Shown: piece after piece, positions 50,882-64,000 of the stretch
How positions within the stretch are numbered: position 1 is the stretch's first letter
Layout: the number at the start of each line of letters is the position of its first letter
NCBI GenBank assembly: GCA_001179505.1
Contig: CDMY01000385.1
Span: forward strand, 62,001 to 126,000
Reading direction: 5' to 3'
Origin: Vitrella brassicaformis CCMP3155
Lineage: Eukaryota > Protista > Chromerida
DNA length: 64,000 nucleotides
Notes under the pieces: generated by a model
What the model was told of the DNA's origin: nothing
The model's database searches: none
Seen by the model: the letters and a program-made list of their open reading frames with translations, nothing else
Made by a program: the position numbers and the translations under genes

Positions 50882-53800
50882 GTGCATGCAGGGTTCGGTT
50901 CGGAAAAACCCTGCAGACGTGGACACTTTTGCTCCGGGAGGCCGAGCACGGCCCTCCATAGGCTGCCAGACAGTTGGGGTCGAACAGAGGTGCTCAAGGG
51001 AAAAGTTGCATGCAAAGACGGGGGGCGACTGGGGGCTTTGAGCGAGCTTCTTCATCGAGCGTGTCGCTGGGAGTTCCTCAATTGATGGTGGACTCACCGG
51101 CTGACCAAAATTCACCTGTTGCCATCGCTCACGAGCCACGCGACTGCGCCAATCGCGATTGACCGCACTGCAGGATGAGTACGCTTAGCACCGGGCCCGT
51201 TAATGGGCCTCTCCGACAGCGAGGCGTCTATTCGGAGGTGCTGGGACAGAAAAACATCGACACAGTCCAGGTACATGGCACAAATGCGCCAGCAATGACA
51301 CACACAGGCAACAGGAATGACAGACAGGGCCGCGCCAGTGATCAATGCTGTTCCTGTACTTATGCATTGCCATCTCTGCATTGCCGTTGCAACACACACA
51401 CCTTTGCTATGTGCTGCACGTGTGTGCGTGTGTGCGCAGAAGTCCGTCCGCGGCCCCACCCAAGAGCGGGATGTGTCGGGCGGCATCATCGAGATTGCCC
51501 CTCCCCGCGCCGCCACGTTCGTGCCCAAGGAGACTCCCGGTGCCACATCTGCCATGGCCCGCCCTCCCCCCACGAGCAAGGCCAGAGTTGACCCCAAGGT
51601 CATCGAGCCATACGTGCAGGTGCCCGGCAAGGCGCCGCGCAAGGTGATTGTCGAGAGGCGGAAGAAGCTCTATGAATCGCTCGACATAGCGGACCTGCTG
51701 AGGGAGAGAGGGGTGGACTATGGAGACCCACAATTCGACACGAGAAGATGGTACATGTATGCTCAGATGACCCATGAATACACAGACACAGGGCAGGTGG
51801 CGTGCGCTGTTGCAGGCTTCCCCTGGAGCCGTTTGACGACACCGATTTCGACACATACACACTGGAGGAGTGGGTCCAGCAGGGCGTCAACGCACAGGGC
51901 AACTTCCTGCCGCTGCCCGCCAAGGGCCTCAGAATCGACGCCGATGGCATCGGCCTCTGGCGAGAGTGTCTCGTGTTTGGCGTGGACCCCAAGTCAAGGA
52001 AGATCGACGTCAGGTGGCACACCGACAACGTCGCAGCACAGCTTCCCAGGCTCAAATTGCTCTTTGATGTAGGGTGGGAGGGAGGGAAAGACAGAAGCAG
52101 TGTCGATTGGCATTCAACGTTGTGTGTTGGCTGGCTGGTTTCAGGCTGAGGACCCAACCCTTTTTGCTGACCGTGTTGCCAAGGCTCACCAGCTGAGGCG
52201 TTTTTCCGAGAGTCTTATTTTGTACAATTTCTATATCGATAACATGCCCACAGAGGAGATTGCTGGACTCGGTAGGCACAAACAGAGCAACCAGTGCCGG
52301 ATATCCACCCTTTCTTTGTGTGTTTCAGATGCTGATCAGGTGACTCGTTTGCTGGACAGTGCTCAGAACGTGCAGGCCGTCCGCGAGGCCCACCTCGACA
52401 CGGCCGCCTTGCTCAAGGAGGTCAACCTTGACTTCGCCAGGACCATGAATAAGATCATTTTCGAACAGCACATGTCGGAACACCCCGGTGACATCTTGTA
52501 CAAAGACCTAGAGCTCCCTCCACCCCCTGAAGCCCCACCCGTACCATGGTCAGTCTCCGCGCTTTTCTGCAAAGACACCCCTCCGTACCTCTTTCTTTGC
52601 GTATGTTAGGTTCGCTCTTGTGCCCACCCCAGCTCACAATTTCACTGACGCCTTCGCAAGTTTCTGTTTCTCCTCACTCTATATCAAGGGCGAGGTGGTC
52701 AAGGGTCTTTCGTCCATCCGGGCGGAGAATTCGGCCCTGCTCGATCACAATATCTTCACGGTCACCTTTTCCAAGGCTCTCCGTCTGGACGAGTTCAAGC
52801 AGGTTGAGCGGACGGCCATCAGCCAGATGTCGTACCACCTCAAGGAGCACTGGGTGCAGAACATCCAGCGGATCATCATCAAGCAGTTCGAGAATGTGGG
52901 CAAGGGGTGGTTCAACATGCACGAGACCAACAAGGAGACGTACGAGTACGGCAAGCTCAAGAAGTTCCTCACCGTCGTCAGGTTCATGATGCAGGACACA
53001 CTCAGGTACGCATGAGGTGAAAATTGCGCGGCGGAGTTGACACATGTTTGCTTTTGTAGGGATTTGACCATCAAGTCTCTGAAGACCTATTGCACATCGT
53101 TGAAGGGCTACGTACCCAAACTGGTCGACGTCAAGTCGGTCCATACAGTCGAGAACGAATGGAGGTGACATCGAAAAGAGACACAAGAACATGTCTCTCG
53201 ATTTGTCTGCCGTCACGATGTCTCGCCCTGTCTCTTTTCATGACATCATTCTGCTCGTATCAGTGAAGAGTTCAAGCCGCACCTCGACGGGCCCCCCGAG
53301 CGCACGGCCCTGTTCGCCATCGAGCTGACCAAGACACAGGACAATGAGGGGTTCCAGTTCAGCACTGACCCAGCACAGTTCGTCGAAGCCACACTGGAGA
53401 TCCTCGAAAAGGGGTAAGCAGCACTCGAAATTTCTCTCATATACATGTCTCCTTGCCTCTGTGTGTGTGTATCAGTTTGCAGCAGATGGGCGACATTCCG
53501 CAGCCCGAGAAGCTCATCCTGCCGCACCTGTTCAAGACGCAGCCTAAGCTGGTGCTGGCTTCAGTCAACCTCGACGAGGGCTGGGTGCAGGAGCTTCGCA
53601 CCTCGCTGGACGATAGTCTCGAGACCAGCCTTCCATACATGACCGACTACCTGCAGTGCTTCCAGCAGTACATCGACCTTCTGAAGTTGGACCCCGCTGC
53701 TCACGTCAAGGCATTGCAGGAGCAGGAGACGCCTCCTTCCAACGACGATTTCGCCAAACAGGTGCAGGAGAACCTCGACAAGGAGCAGCAGCTGTATGGC

Positions 53801-56800
53801 AACATCCCGGAGACGCTCACCATCGGGCTGTTCCAGCTCAGCTGCAAGGAGATCCGCAAGCTGCTGGGCGGCAAGCTCCACAGCCTGGCCGGGCTCATGC
53901 AGGACGTGCTGGCCGTGCGGCTGCGTGAGCAGTGCGCCACTGTGCTGGAAAGCTTCCAGGGCATGTATGTGCAGCTGCGGAAGAGCCCCAAGAACATCGA
54001 GGAGCTGTCGGAGCTGAGGGAGTACATGGCCAGCCTGCCGGCAGAGGTCGAGAAGCTCACCGTGGAGATCAACGCCAATATCGACCTCTTCTCGATCCTC
54101 GAAAACTTCCGGTTCCTTCTAGCGCGATTGGCTGTGCTGCATGTCTTTATGCATGCATGTCTATGTATGTATGTGTGTGTCAGGTACAAGTTGAGTGCTG
54201 ACGACCACCACACGCGCTGGAAGATGTTCGGGTCCCCGAAGGCGACATACGACCTCATCGCGGCCACCGACGCCGCTCTCACCAAGGAGCGTGAGAACTT
54301 CTTCAACACCATGCAGTCACAGCAGTCGGAGTTCGACGAGACACTCAACGACCTCGACGGCATCGTTGGAGACTTCGCACAGTACCATGACCTCACTAAG
54401 GTCAACTTATCCCTCTGCGCATCATCAAGTGCCCCATACATGTACTTGCTTGTCTGCTGTGTGTGGTGCTCTCTTTCTTAGATTGACGAGATTGCTGCGA
54501 ATGTGGCGTCGGTCAACGAGCGCCTGCAGCTGTCTCTGCAGCAGGCCAAGCTCTTCAACTCTCGGGAGGGCCTCTTTGGCAAGCACTCTACTGACTACAC
54601 ACGACTGCAGCGGATCGCAAAGGTACGGCAGCTAAACTAGCCATGGTAACCCATCCACACATCTGTGCCTTGTCAGGATTTTGAGCCGTTCAGCAACCTG
54701 TGGACGATGACAGCGTCCTGGCTGGTGAATCGCAAGAAGTGGACCGACGGCGCCTTCGACCAGATCGACGCCAAGGCGCTGGAGGACCAGGTCATGAACG
54801 GGAGCAAAACCATGTTCAAAGTGGCCCGCGCTTTCCGCGACCGCGACAACCCCGAGGTGCTCAAGATAGCCGAGAAGATCCGGTCAGAGCTGGAGGAGTT
54901 CAAACCCTTCGTGCCGCTCGTGGTGGCTCTGCGCAACGACGGCATGAGAGACCGACATTGGCAGCAGGTCTCAGACAAATGCAGCGTGCAGGTCTCACCC
55001 GCAATGGAAGACTTCACGCTGCGGTCGGTTGAACAAATGGGGGTGTGATTTGTCAAGGCATAGCAGCTTCTTTGCTCACTGCAGTCGGTTTCTGGAGTTG
55101 GGCATGCATGAGAGTGTGGATGCCATATCTGAGATCGGCGACAAGGCCGGCAAGGAGTTCTCCATCGAAAAGGTCAATCAAAAGAGACACATACCAGTGG
55201 ATGCCCACATGTGCATCATCTCTTGGTCAGGCTTTGGCTAAGATGAAGAAGGACTGGCACGGCATCGAGTTTGACGTCAGAGAGAAGTACCGCGCCACAG
55301 ACACATATATCCTCAAGGGATCGGACGACGTAAGGCACACACACAGACGCGCAAAGCACCAGGGATGTTGTCATGTCTCTCCTGGCTGTAGGTGAGCGCG
55401 TTGCTTGACGAGCACATCCTGACGTCCCAGGCGATGCAGTTCAGTCCGTTCAAGAAGCCCTTCGAGGAGGAGATAGAGGAATGGGCCGCCAAGCTTATGA
55501 CCGTCTCCGAGACACTCGACGAGTGGCTCAAGTGCCAGCGGTCGTGGCTCTACCTGCAGCCCATCTTCGACTCACCCGACATCATGAAGCAGCTACCGGC
55601 CGAGGGCAAACGCTTCAAGTCCGTCGACAACATGTGGCGCAGCACCATGAAGCAGACACACGACAACCCGGGTGCACTCGAAATGTGCGCACGGGAGGGA
55701 CTGCTCGAGAAATTCCAAGAGGCAAATAAGAACCTCGAGCTCGTCCAGAAAGGTGCGCTGTAGACTCATCGACGACGCGTCTCTGTCGAACCAACGGTTG
55801 TCTTGTCTGTCGCATGTATGCAGGTTTGGATGATTACCTGGAGACGAAGCGCAGTCTGTTTGCCCGCTTCTACTTCCTGTCCAATGACGAGCTGCTGGAG
55901 ATCCTCTCGCAGACCAAAGACCCAACGCGCGTCCAGCCGTAAGCAACACAATCATGACAGACACAGACCGCCGCTGCCGACAACCCATCAATCACTGTGC
56001 ACGGTGCAGTTTCCTGAAGAAGGTGTTTGAGAGTATGGCCAAGCTTCAGTTCCACGAGGACTACTCGGCTAACGCCATGTACAGCGGCGAGGGCGAGAAG
56101 GTGCCGTTTGTGGAAACCATCTACACCAAGGACAAGAATGTCGAGACCTGGATGACCGAGATTGAGATACAGATGAAGAAGGCCGTCAGAGACGTCCTGT
56201 ACAAATCTATACTCGACTACCCTACAAAGCCAAGGTGATTCATTGATCCATGCCTAGATGGACGCATGAGTGGGAAGATTGCCATGTCTCTTGTGACTTT
56301 GCTGTTGGTTGATGCAGAGCCGAGTGGGTGTTGGTGCATCCCGGTCAGTGTGTGCTGAATGGGAGCCAGGTGCACTGGACGAGCGAGGTGGAGGAGGCCA
56401 TCCAGAACGGGACGGTCAAGCAGTACTGGGAGGGCCTCAACCGTCAGCTCCTCGATATGGTGGCACTTGTCCGCACGGGCCTCAACAAGATGAACTCGAT
56501 CAGCGTGGGTGCGCTGATCGTCATCGACGTGCACGCCAAGGACGTGGTGGAGAATTTGGTCAAGGAGAAGATCGACAACATTTCTGCCTTTGAGTGGATC
56601 GCCCAGCTGCGCTACTACTGGCAGAACGACGACTGCTGGTGCCAGTGCGTGCAGACAAACTTCCCTTACGGATACGAGTACCTCGGCAACAGCATGCGAC
56701 TTGTCATCACACCACTCACCGACATGTGCTACATGACGCTGCTCGGTGCACAGCAGCTCAACCTCGGTCAGTCCATGTGGAGCAGAACCCACCCTCACAT

Positions 56801-59800
56801 CACGCCAATTGCACCCCGTGTCTCCTCCCTTTTGTGTGTGGCTGTGTGTGCAGGTGGCGCCCCGGCCGGCCCGGCTGGTACGGGCAAGACGGAGACAACG
56901 AAGGATCTGGCCAAGGCGCTGGCAAAGCAGTGTGTGGTGTTCAACTGTTCTGACATGATGGACTACATCATGGTGGGCAAGTTCTTCAAGGGCCTGGCCT
57001 CCTCTGGCGCATGGTGCTGCTTCGATGAGTTCAATCGCATCAACATCGAGGTGCTCTCCGTCATTGCACAGCAGCTGCTCATCCTCTTCGGCGCAAAGGG
57101 GGAGCTCGCCGGATTCAACGACTCCAAGGCACGCACTTGTTCGTTCACGGCCAGGAATCGACTGCACACGTGACAGACAGGATGTGTGTGTGTGCAGGAG
57201 GTAGATTTTGAGGGTTCAGTGATCCGGATGTACCCGACTTTCAACGTGTTCATTACGATGAACCCGGGCTACGCCGGCCGCACTGAGCTGCCCGACAACC
57301 TCAAGGCGCTCTTCAGACCGATGGCCATGATGGTCCCCGACTATGCCCTCATCGGTGAGATCATGCTCTACTCATTCGGATTCGACCAGGCCCGCGATCT
57401 GGCCAGGAAGATGGTCGCCACATTCCGACTGTCGTCCGAACAGCTCTCCGCACAGGTGGATATGCACATCGATGCCAACAGTCTCTCTGTCGGTCTCCTC
57501 CCATGGCTGGCTGCTTGTCGACAGGATCACTACGATTACGGTATGAGGGCTGTGCGATCGGTCATCAATGCTGCGGGCCTGCTCAAGCGAGCTGACCCAG
57601 GTAACACACACAGACAGATAGGGAGACACACAACGACACGCATACGGCCTGAGACCGAATAGTTGTCTTGTATGTATGTATGTCTCTTTCCTTCTGTGTG
57701 TTGATTTGATTTAGACATGGACGAGGACAAGCTGCTGCTGCGTGCGCTGCGAGACGTCAATGTGCCCAAGTTCCTCAAGGACGATCTGCCCCTGTTTGAG
57801 AACATCATCATCGATCTGTTCCCGGGTGTGGAGCGGCCTAAGATCGACTATGGCAGGCTGCTGGATGCCATCCACGAGTCGTCCAAGGGGCTCAACCTGC
57901 AGCCGGTGGACCCCTTTGTGGCCAAGGTGATCCAGCTCTACGACACCATCCAGGTGCGACACGGTCTCATGCTCGTCGGACCAACCGGCGGCGGCAAGAC
58001 ATGCAACTATCGAGTGCTCCAGAAGGCATGCACGTCGCTGAAGGAGTTGGGCAAGTTCGAACCTGTAAGCACGAAGGACACACACTGTGCTAATGTGACT
58101 CGGGGCGTGTGCGTGTGCGTGTGGGCTTTTGTCCGTCTGTCAGGTGCACGTGCACTGTTTGAATCCCAAGTCGATAACGATGGGTCAGATGTACGGCCAG
58201 TCGGATCCCATCACACAAGAGTGGACCGACGGGGTGCTCAACATACTCATGAGGTGGGTCGGCCGGCAGCAGAAGACACGGAGATACTAGTGCTATGCCT
58301 TAACCTCTTCTCGCCTTTCATCTTTCGCAGGGCAGCGGTGAAGGACACTTCGGAGGACAAGCACTGGATCATGTTTGACGGGCCAGTGGACGCCATCTGG
58401 ATTGAGAACATGAACACCGTGCTCGACGACAACAAGAAGCTCTGCCTCAACTCGGGTGAGATCATCGCCCTCTCGCCGCAGATCACCGTCATGTTTGAGG
58501 TGGAGGACCTCGCCGTCGCCTCGCCCGCCACTGTAAGCCGATGCGGTATGGTCTACATGGAGCCTGGCGCGATGGGGCTGGAGCCCTTAATCGACTCATG
58601 GATAGAGCAGCTGCCCTCGACGTTCCGACAGAGCCACAAGGACCTCCTCCACACACTCACCAAGGGATTCATACCAAACGGCATCAACTTCATCAGGAAA
58701 TCATGCAGAGAGGTCAGCCGGCAGATGGACAGAGAGAGACACGTGTATTGCTTTGCATGGGTGGTGTGGTCAGATGGTGACGACGATGGACAACAACTTG
58801 TGTGCGTCGTGTCTGCGTCTCATGGACTGCTACTTCGACTCCTACCGCCCGACAGAGGTCAAGACCCCGTCCAAGGAGGAGCTCGACGAGCTGCAAAAAC
58901 AACTCGTTCCCATATTCATATTCTCGCTCGTCTGGTCCGTCGGCATCACCACCGACCGTAAGACCACACTCCTTAAGACAGGGAGTTTTCTTTGAAGCGA
59001 GCCTTTGTGTGTGTATGTGTCTTTGTTAAGAGCACGGCCGGTCTCTGTTCAACGATTGGTTGTGGCGTGAGTTGATAAAGCAAAACCAGCGGCCTCCCGG
59101 TCTCAAAGACGACGCCTTCCTCTATGACCTCTGCTACAACGTGGAGAAGTCAGAATGGGTCGGATGGATGGAGGTAAGTACGGGAGCAGAAACACAGCCA
59201 GTTCGGGAGCAGAAACACAGCCACACTATGGCCATGGCCCACAGGCACTCTACTAGTCGCTCCTTCCATCTCTCTGCAGACCATCCCAGGGTACTCGCCC
59301 CCTTCCCAGTCGACCTACGACGGGATTGTGGTGCCGACGCTCGACTCGGTCCGCATGACTGCCGTGTTCAAGACCCTGGTGCTCAACAGGCATCACGCGC
59401 TGTGTCCAGGGCCGACGGGCACCGGCAAGACGGTCAACATCTCACAGTATCTGGGAAGGGAGGCGCCCGAGTACCTGCAGTCCGTCTTCATCACATTCTC
59501 GGCCCAGACACACGTCAACCAGCTGCAGGATTTGCTGGACGGCAAGTTTGAGAAGAGGCGGCGTGGTGTCTTCGGTCCACCGGCACGTAAGGTGTTTGCG
59601 ATATTCGTGGATGACTTCAACATGCCCAAGAAGGAGGAGTATGGTGCACAGCCGCCGCTGGAGCTGCTGAGGCAGTGGTTCGACCACAAGGGATGGTACG
59701 ACAGGAAGGAACTCACATTCAGAGAGATCGTCGACGTCTGCATGGTGGCCGCTATGGGTCCGCCCGGCGGAGGCCGCACCTTCATCTCCAACCGGGTCAT

Positions 59801-62800
59801 CCGCCACTACAACGTGCTGACGTATCCCGACCTGGGCAAGACGTCGATTGCCACCATCTTCAACACCATCCTCAAGTACCTCTTCGCGCCCTTCGACGAG
59901 TCGATCCAGAAGATCACCGAGACACTGGTGGAGTCCCAGATCACCGTCTTCGAGAAGGCGCTGAAGGAGCTGCTGCCCACACCCAGCAAGTCCCACTACA
60001 CTTTCAACCTGCGAGACATATGGAAAGTCTTCCAAGGAGTCTGCTCACTCTCGCCAAAGATTATCAACAACAAATTACAGGTGAGTGGGGTGATGCTTGG
60101 TGAGACACAGCTTATCACCGCTCTCTGGTGTCCGTCTGGAACAGGTTCTGCGCTGCTGGGTGCATGAGAACTGCCGCGTGTTCGGCGATCGTCTGATAGA
60201 CGATCCCGACCGGCAGTGGCTACGCAAGACGCTCCTGCACCAGTGCGATATCAACTTCGACACGGAAGAGCAGGACATCTTTGTTCGCGAGCGGCTGATC
60301 TTCGGAGACTTCATGGTGCCGGGAGCAGACATACGTCACTACCAGGAGATTGAGGACCTGGACAAGATGAAGTCGGTGATCGAGGAGTACCTGGAGGACT
60401 ACAACAACGTCCACACACACGGCATGCCGCTCGTCATGTTCCTCGACGCATGTGAACACATCACACGCATATGCCGCGTCCTCCGACAGCCCTCGGGCAA
60501 CTGTCTGCTGCTGGGTGTGGGCGGTAGCGGACGGCAGTCTCTCAGCCGGATGGCCTCGTTCATGATGGAGTGTGCGTGCTTCCAGATTGAGGTCGGCAAG
60601 GGATACGGCATGAACGAGTGGCGAGACGACCTCAAACGGTGCCTGATGAAGTCGGGCGTGGAGGGCAAGAACCAGAGCTTCCTGTTCACGGACACGCAGA
60701 TCATCAGAGAGGCCATGCTGGAGGACGTCAACAACGTCCTCAACTCTGGCGACGTGCCCAACCTCTACCGCCTCGAGGACATGGACGCCATCATGACGGC
60801 GTGCCGCGGCATGTGTCAGCAGCTGGGGCTGCAGCCCAACAAGACCAACATCTTTAACTGCTACCTCACGAGGGTCAAGAAGAACATCCACGTTATCCTC
60901 GCCATGAGCCCAGTAGGCGCTCAGTTCCGGACTCGGCTGCGAATGTTCCCCTCTCTCGTCAACTGCTGCACCATCGACTGGTTCTCAGAGGTACAGAGAC
61001 ACGCATACGCATACACAGGTGCATATGTCTCTCTATGTCATATTGATGAATCGATCGACCAGTGGCCCGCCGAGGCGCTGTATTCGGTGGCCAAGCAGCA
61101 GATGATGCAGTCCGACCTGCGGCTGTCCAACCTAGAGGGCGTGCTCAACATCTTCCGCACCATCCACCAGTCTGTCGAGCAGATGTCCACCCGCTTCCTC
61201 AACGAGCTGCGGCGGTACAACTACGTCACACCCACCTCGTACCTCGAGCTGCTCTCCACTTTCAAGACCATCATGGAGCTCAAGAGAGACGAAATCGGCA
61301 CGTTCAGGAAGAGATTCCAGACCGGTCTGGACAAGCTGGGTGACGCGGCCGACCAGGTGGCGCAGATGCAGGCGCAACTCACAGAGATGCAGCCGCAACT
61401 GGCGCAGACACAGAAGGAGGTATGACTTTGATGAAGGACACGTGGTTGAGCGATTCGAGTGTATATTAGTTGCCTTGATGCATGTGCTGTGCACAAATAC
61501 AATACAGGTAGGTGAGAAGATGGTCGTGATTGAGGGCGATAAGGCCAAGGCCGATGAAACCAAGAAGATTGTCGCCAAGGAGGAGGCTGAAGCTACCGTA
61601 AGAAATACACACACGGACCACATGCATCCTTTCAACGCAGGCCGACAACAGCCCATCTGATTGCCTGCAGGCCAAGGCAGCCGAGACGCAGGCCATCAAG
61701 GACGATGCCCAGCGGGACCTCGACGAGGCCCTGCCCGCACTTGAGCAGGCAGTCGAATGCCTCAAGAGGCTCAAGGCCGACCACATCCGTGAGGTCAAGT
61801 CACTTGGCAAGCCGCCACAAGGCGTCATCCTCTCTATGGAGGCCGTCTGCATCATGTTCCAGGTCAACAGCAGCCAGACAAACAGATGGAGAGAGGGCGG
61901 GGGCAAGAGTGCTGGCAGCATCGTGATGTGATGGGTGGGTATGTCTGTGGTCAGATCCCGCCAGTCAAGAAAGCCGACCCGAACAATCCGGCGGGCAAGA
62001 AGATCGACGACTACTGGGAGGCGTCGCAGGCCAAGCTGCTCAAGGACCCGAAGAAGCTGCTAGACGACCTCATGAACTTCGACAAGGCACGTCCACCACA
62101 ATACCTCCCATGCCCTTGGTGTCCATATGTCTCCATCTGTATCTGTATGTGCTGCCTTGTTGATAGGATAACATTCCCGACTCGGTGATCACCAAGATCA
62201 AGCCATACATCGACCGTGAAGACTTTGACCCCGCGGCCATCAAGAAGGCCTCTGTGGCGTGCGAGGCCATCTGCATGTGGGTGCGGGCCATGGACAAGTA
62301 CTACCACGTCTCCAAGGTGGTCGAGCCAAAGCGCGTGCTGCTCCGCAAGGCAGAGGCCGAGCTGCAGGTCACCATGGGCCAGCTCAACGAGGCCAAGCGC
62401 CGCCTGCAAGAGGTAGTCGACAAGATCGAGCGGCTGGAGGCCGAGTACAACTCGGCTGTCGAGAAGCAGGACCAGCTGGCACGCGACATCGAGGACTGCC
62501 AAGTGAAGCTGGACCGCGCTCAGAAGCTGATTGGCGGTCTGGGCGGCGAGAAGGCCCGGTGGACAGAGCAGGTGCAGATGCTGGGTGCCCAGTACGAGCT
62601 CATCCCCGGCAACGCCCTGGTGGCGTCGGGAATGGTGTCCTACGCGGGGCCCTTCACATCCCTCTACCGCGGGGAGCTTGAGAAGGGCTGGCTGAACGCC
62701 CTCAGGGACGCACAGATACCACACACAGAAGGGACCTCAATGAGCAGCTTCCTCGGTGAGCACTGAGTGGACGCAAGGGCCGTGTGTCCGGATGGATGTG

Positions 62801-64000
62801 TATGTGTGTGTGTGCATCGATGTGCTTCATGCAGGTGAGCCGGTGAAGATCCGTGTGTGGAACGCTGCCGGTCTGCCGAATGACGGCCTGTCGATCGAGA
62901 ACGGCATCATCATCGACAAAGCGCGACGCTGGCCGCTCATGATCGATCCACAGGCAGAACGGACAACCAACTGTCGTGCTGCAATCCATCCACCCATCAA
63001 CGTGTCCTTTGCATTTGTTGTGTCTCATGGCAGGGTCAAGCCAACCGATTCCTCAAGAACATGGGCAAGCAGACGCCGGAGGGCATCGACGTGTGCAAGC
63101 TGTCGCAGACTTCGTTCCTGCGTACTCTGGAGCTGGCGATTCAGTTCGGCAAGTGGCTGCTGCTGGAGAACATCGGCGAGGAGCTGGATCCCGCTTTGGA
63201 GCCGGTACTGCTGCAGCAGAAGGTCAAGGACGGCACCAGCTACGTCATCAGACTGGGAGACAAGACCGTCACCTGGACGGATACATTCAGGTCAGCTGAG
63301 CCAAGCCATCAGTCTTGACTGACTGACTGACTGAGACACACTCAATCCAATCTACTGCCTTCCTCTCCTCGCTGTTGTCAGGTTTTATATGACGACCACA
63401 CTGCCCAACCCTCACTACCCACCCGAGACATCCGTCAAGGTCACTCTCCTCAACTTCGCCATCACACGCGAAGGTACGAAAAGGCACTTATCCAATGTGC
63501 GTTGCGTTGCCTATCCCTCGTGTGTGTGTATGCAGGTCTTGAGGAGCAGATGTTGGGTCTGGTGGTGGCCAAGGAGGCGCCCGACCTGGAGGAGAAGAAG
63601 AGCGCCCTCGTGCAGTCCAACGCCAAGATGCGCAAGGACCTCAAGGACCTCGAAGACGAAATCCTGAGGCTCTTGTCGACGTCAGAGGGCAACATCTTGG
63701 AGGACGAGACACTCATCAACACACTCGCCGCATCCAAGAAGACATCGGAGGAGATCAACGAGAAAGTCAAGGAGGCGGAAATCACAGAGAAGGAAATCGA
63801 TGCAGCACGGTCGGTGCGCACAACACGCATATCTAATCGATTGGGCATCCTCTCTGTGTTGTTTGTGTGTCGCTTTGTCAGAGAGTCCTACCGGCCGGTG
63901 GCGTATCAGGCGAGTGTGCTGTTCTTCTGTATCGTGGACCTGGCCAACATCGACCCCATGTACCAGTACTCTCTGCAGTGGTTCCAGTCGCTCTTTGGCA
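50831..64000 (+). CDS. DNAH1: Axonemal inner-arm dynein heavy chain, DNAH1-like; about 38 introns in the window, 3' end outside the window
   Basis: N-terminal [18 protein letters not shown] and LPLEPFDD resemble recalled DNAH1 sequence. Motor motifs: [16 protein letters not shown]; AAA1 GPAGTGKT (56868-56891), [25 protein letters not shown]; AAA2 GPTGGGKT (57978-58001); AAA3 GPTGTGKT (59409-59432); AAA4 GVGGSGRQS (60514-60540); stalk FDKDNIP; AAA5 [12 protein letters not shown]. Predicted exon 1 MGEELI(Q) (50831-50850) splices in phase 2 to 51174. Confidence 0.93.
57129..57197 (+). other. Probable GC-AG intron in dynein heavy chain
   Basis: AAG|gcacgc...gtgcag|GAG GTA GAT restores NDSKEVDFEG. 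An alternative GT/TAG pair is possible. Confidence 0.65.
59181..59223 (+). repeat. 20-bp direct repeat (cgggagcagaaacacagcca) with 3-nt spacer in a dynein intron
   Basis: Copies at 59181-59200 and 59204-59223. Confidence 0.9.
62087..62166 (+). other. GC-AG intron in dynein heavy chain
   Basis: AAG|gcacgt...gatag|GAT AAC ATT CCC restores the conserved FDKDNIP. Confidence 0.9.
62954..63033 (+). other. GC-AG intron in dynein heavy chain
   Basis: CAG|gcagaa...ggcag|GGT CAA GCC restores the conserved MIDPQGQAN. Confidence 0.9.

Noticed and set aside
50883-50890. TGCATGCA (ApiAP2-type motif) in dynein intron 1
   Set aside because: The motif and its variants are common throughout the RY-rich non-coding DNA of this window, so one hit is uninformative.

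Overview
Intron-dense, GC-rich eukaryotic genomic DNA. Short spliceosomal introns (mostly 55-120 nt), microsatellite-laden non-coding DNA, flagellar and plastid-type genes and a myzozoan-style zinc-finger motif suggest a photosynthetic alveolate such as the chromerid Vitrella; this is an inference. I reconstructed 13 protein-coding genes by manual splicing: WDR82/Swd2-like WD40 (-, runs off the left edge), a bacterial-type DUF1254/DUF1214 protein (+), a coiled-coil unknown (-), a low-complexity unknown (+), a CCCH-type zinc-finger protein (-), a probably plastid-targeted PPR protein (+), a secreted GH26 glycosidase (-), a divergent protein kinase (-), CWF19L2 (+), two orphans (-), a TEY MAP kinase (+) and an inner-arm dynein heavy chain DNAH1 (+, runs off the right edge). 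Ten of the 13 genes sit in five tight head-to-head pairs. Main discovery: a ~130-150 nt module occurs twice in inverted orientation, 25 kb apart (25470-25601 and 50732-50881). One copy keeps the CWF19L2 start codon and has lost the dynein start. The other keeps the dynein start and has lost the CWF19L2 start and acceptor. This fits an overlapping bidirectional gene pair split by a recent ~25 kb inversion with a duplicated breakpoint. Also seen: a perfect 35-bp hairpin flanked by 14-bp direct repeats, three GC-AG introns in the dynein gene, and an intron-bearing gene of likely bacterial origin. No tRNA, rRNA, CRISPR array or autonomous transposon was recognised.
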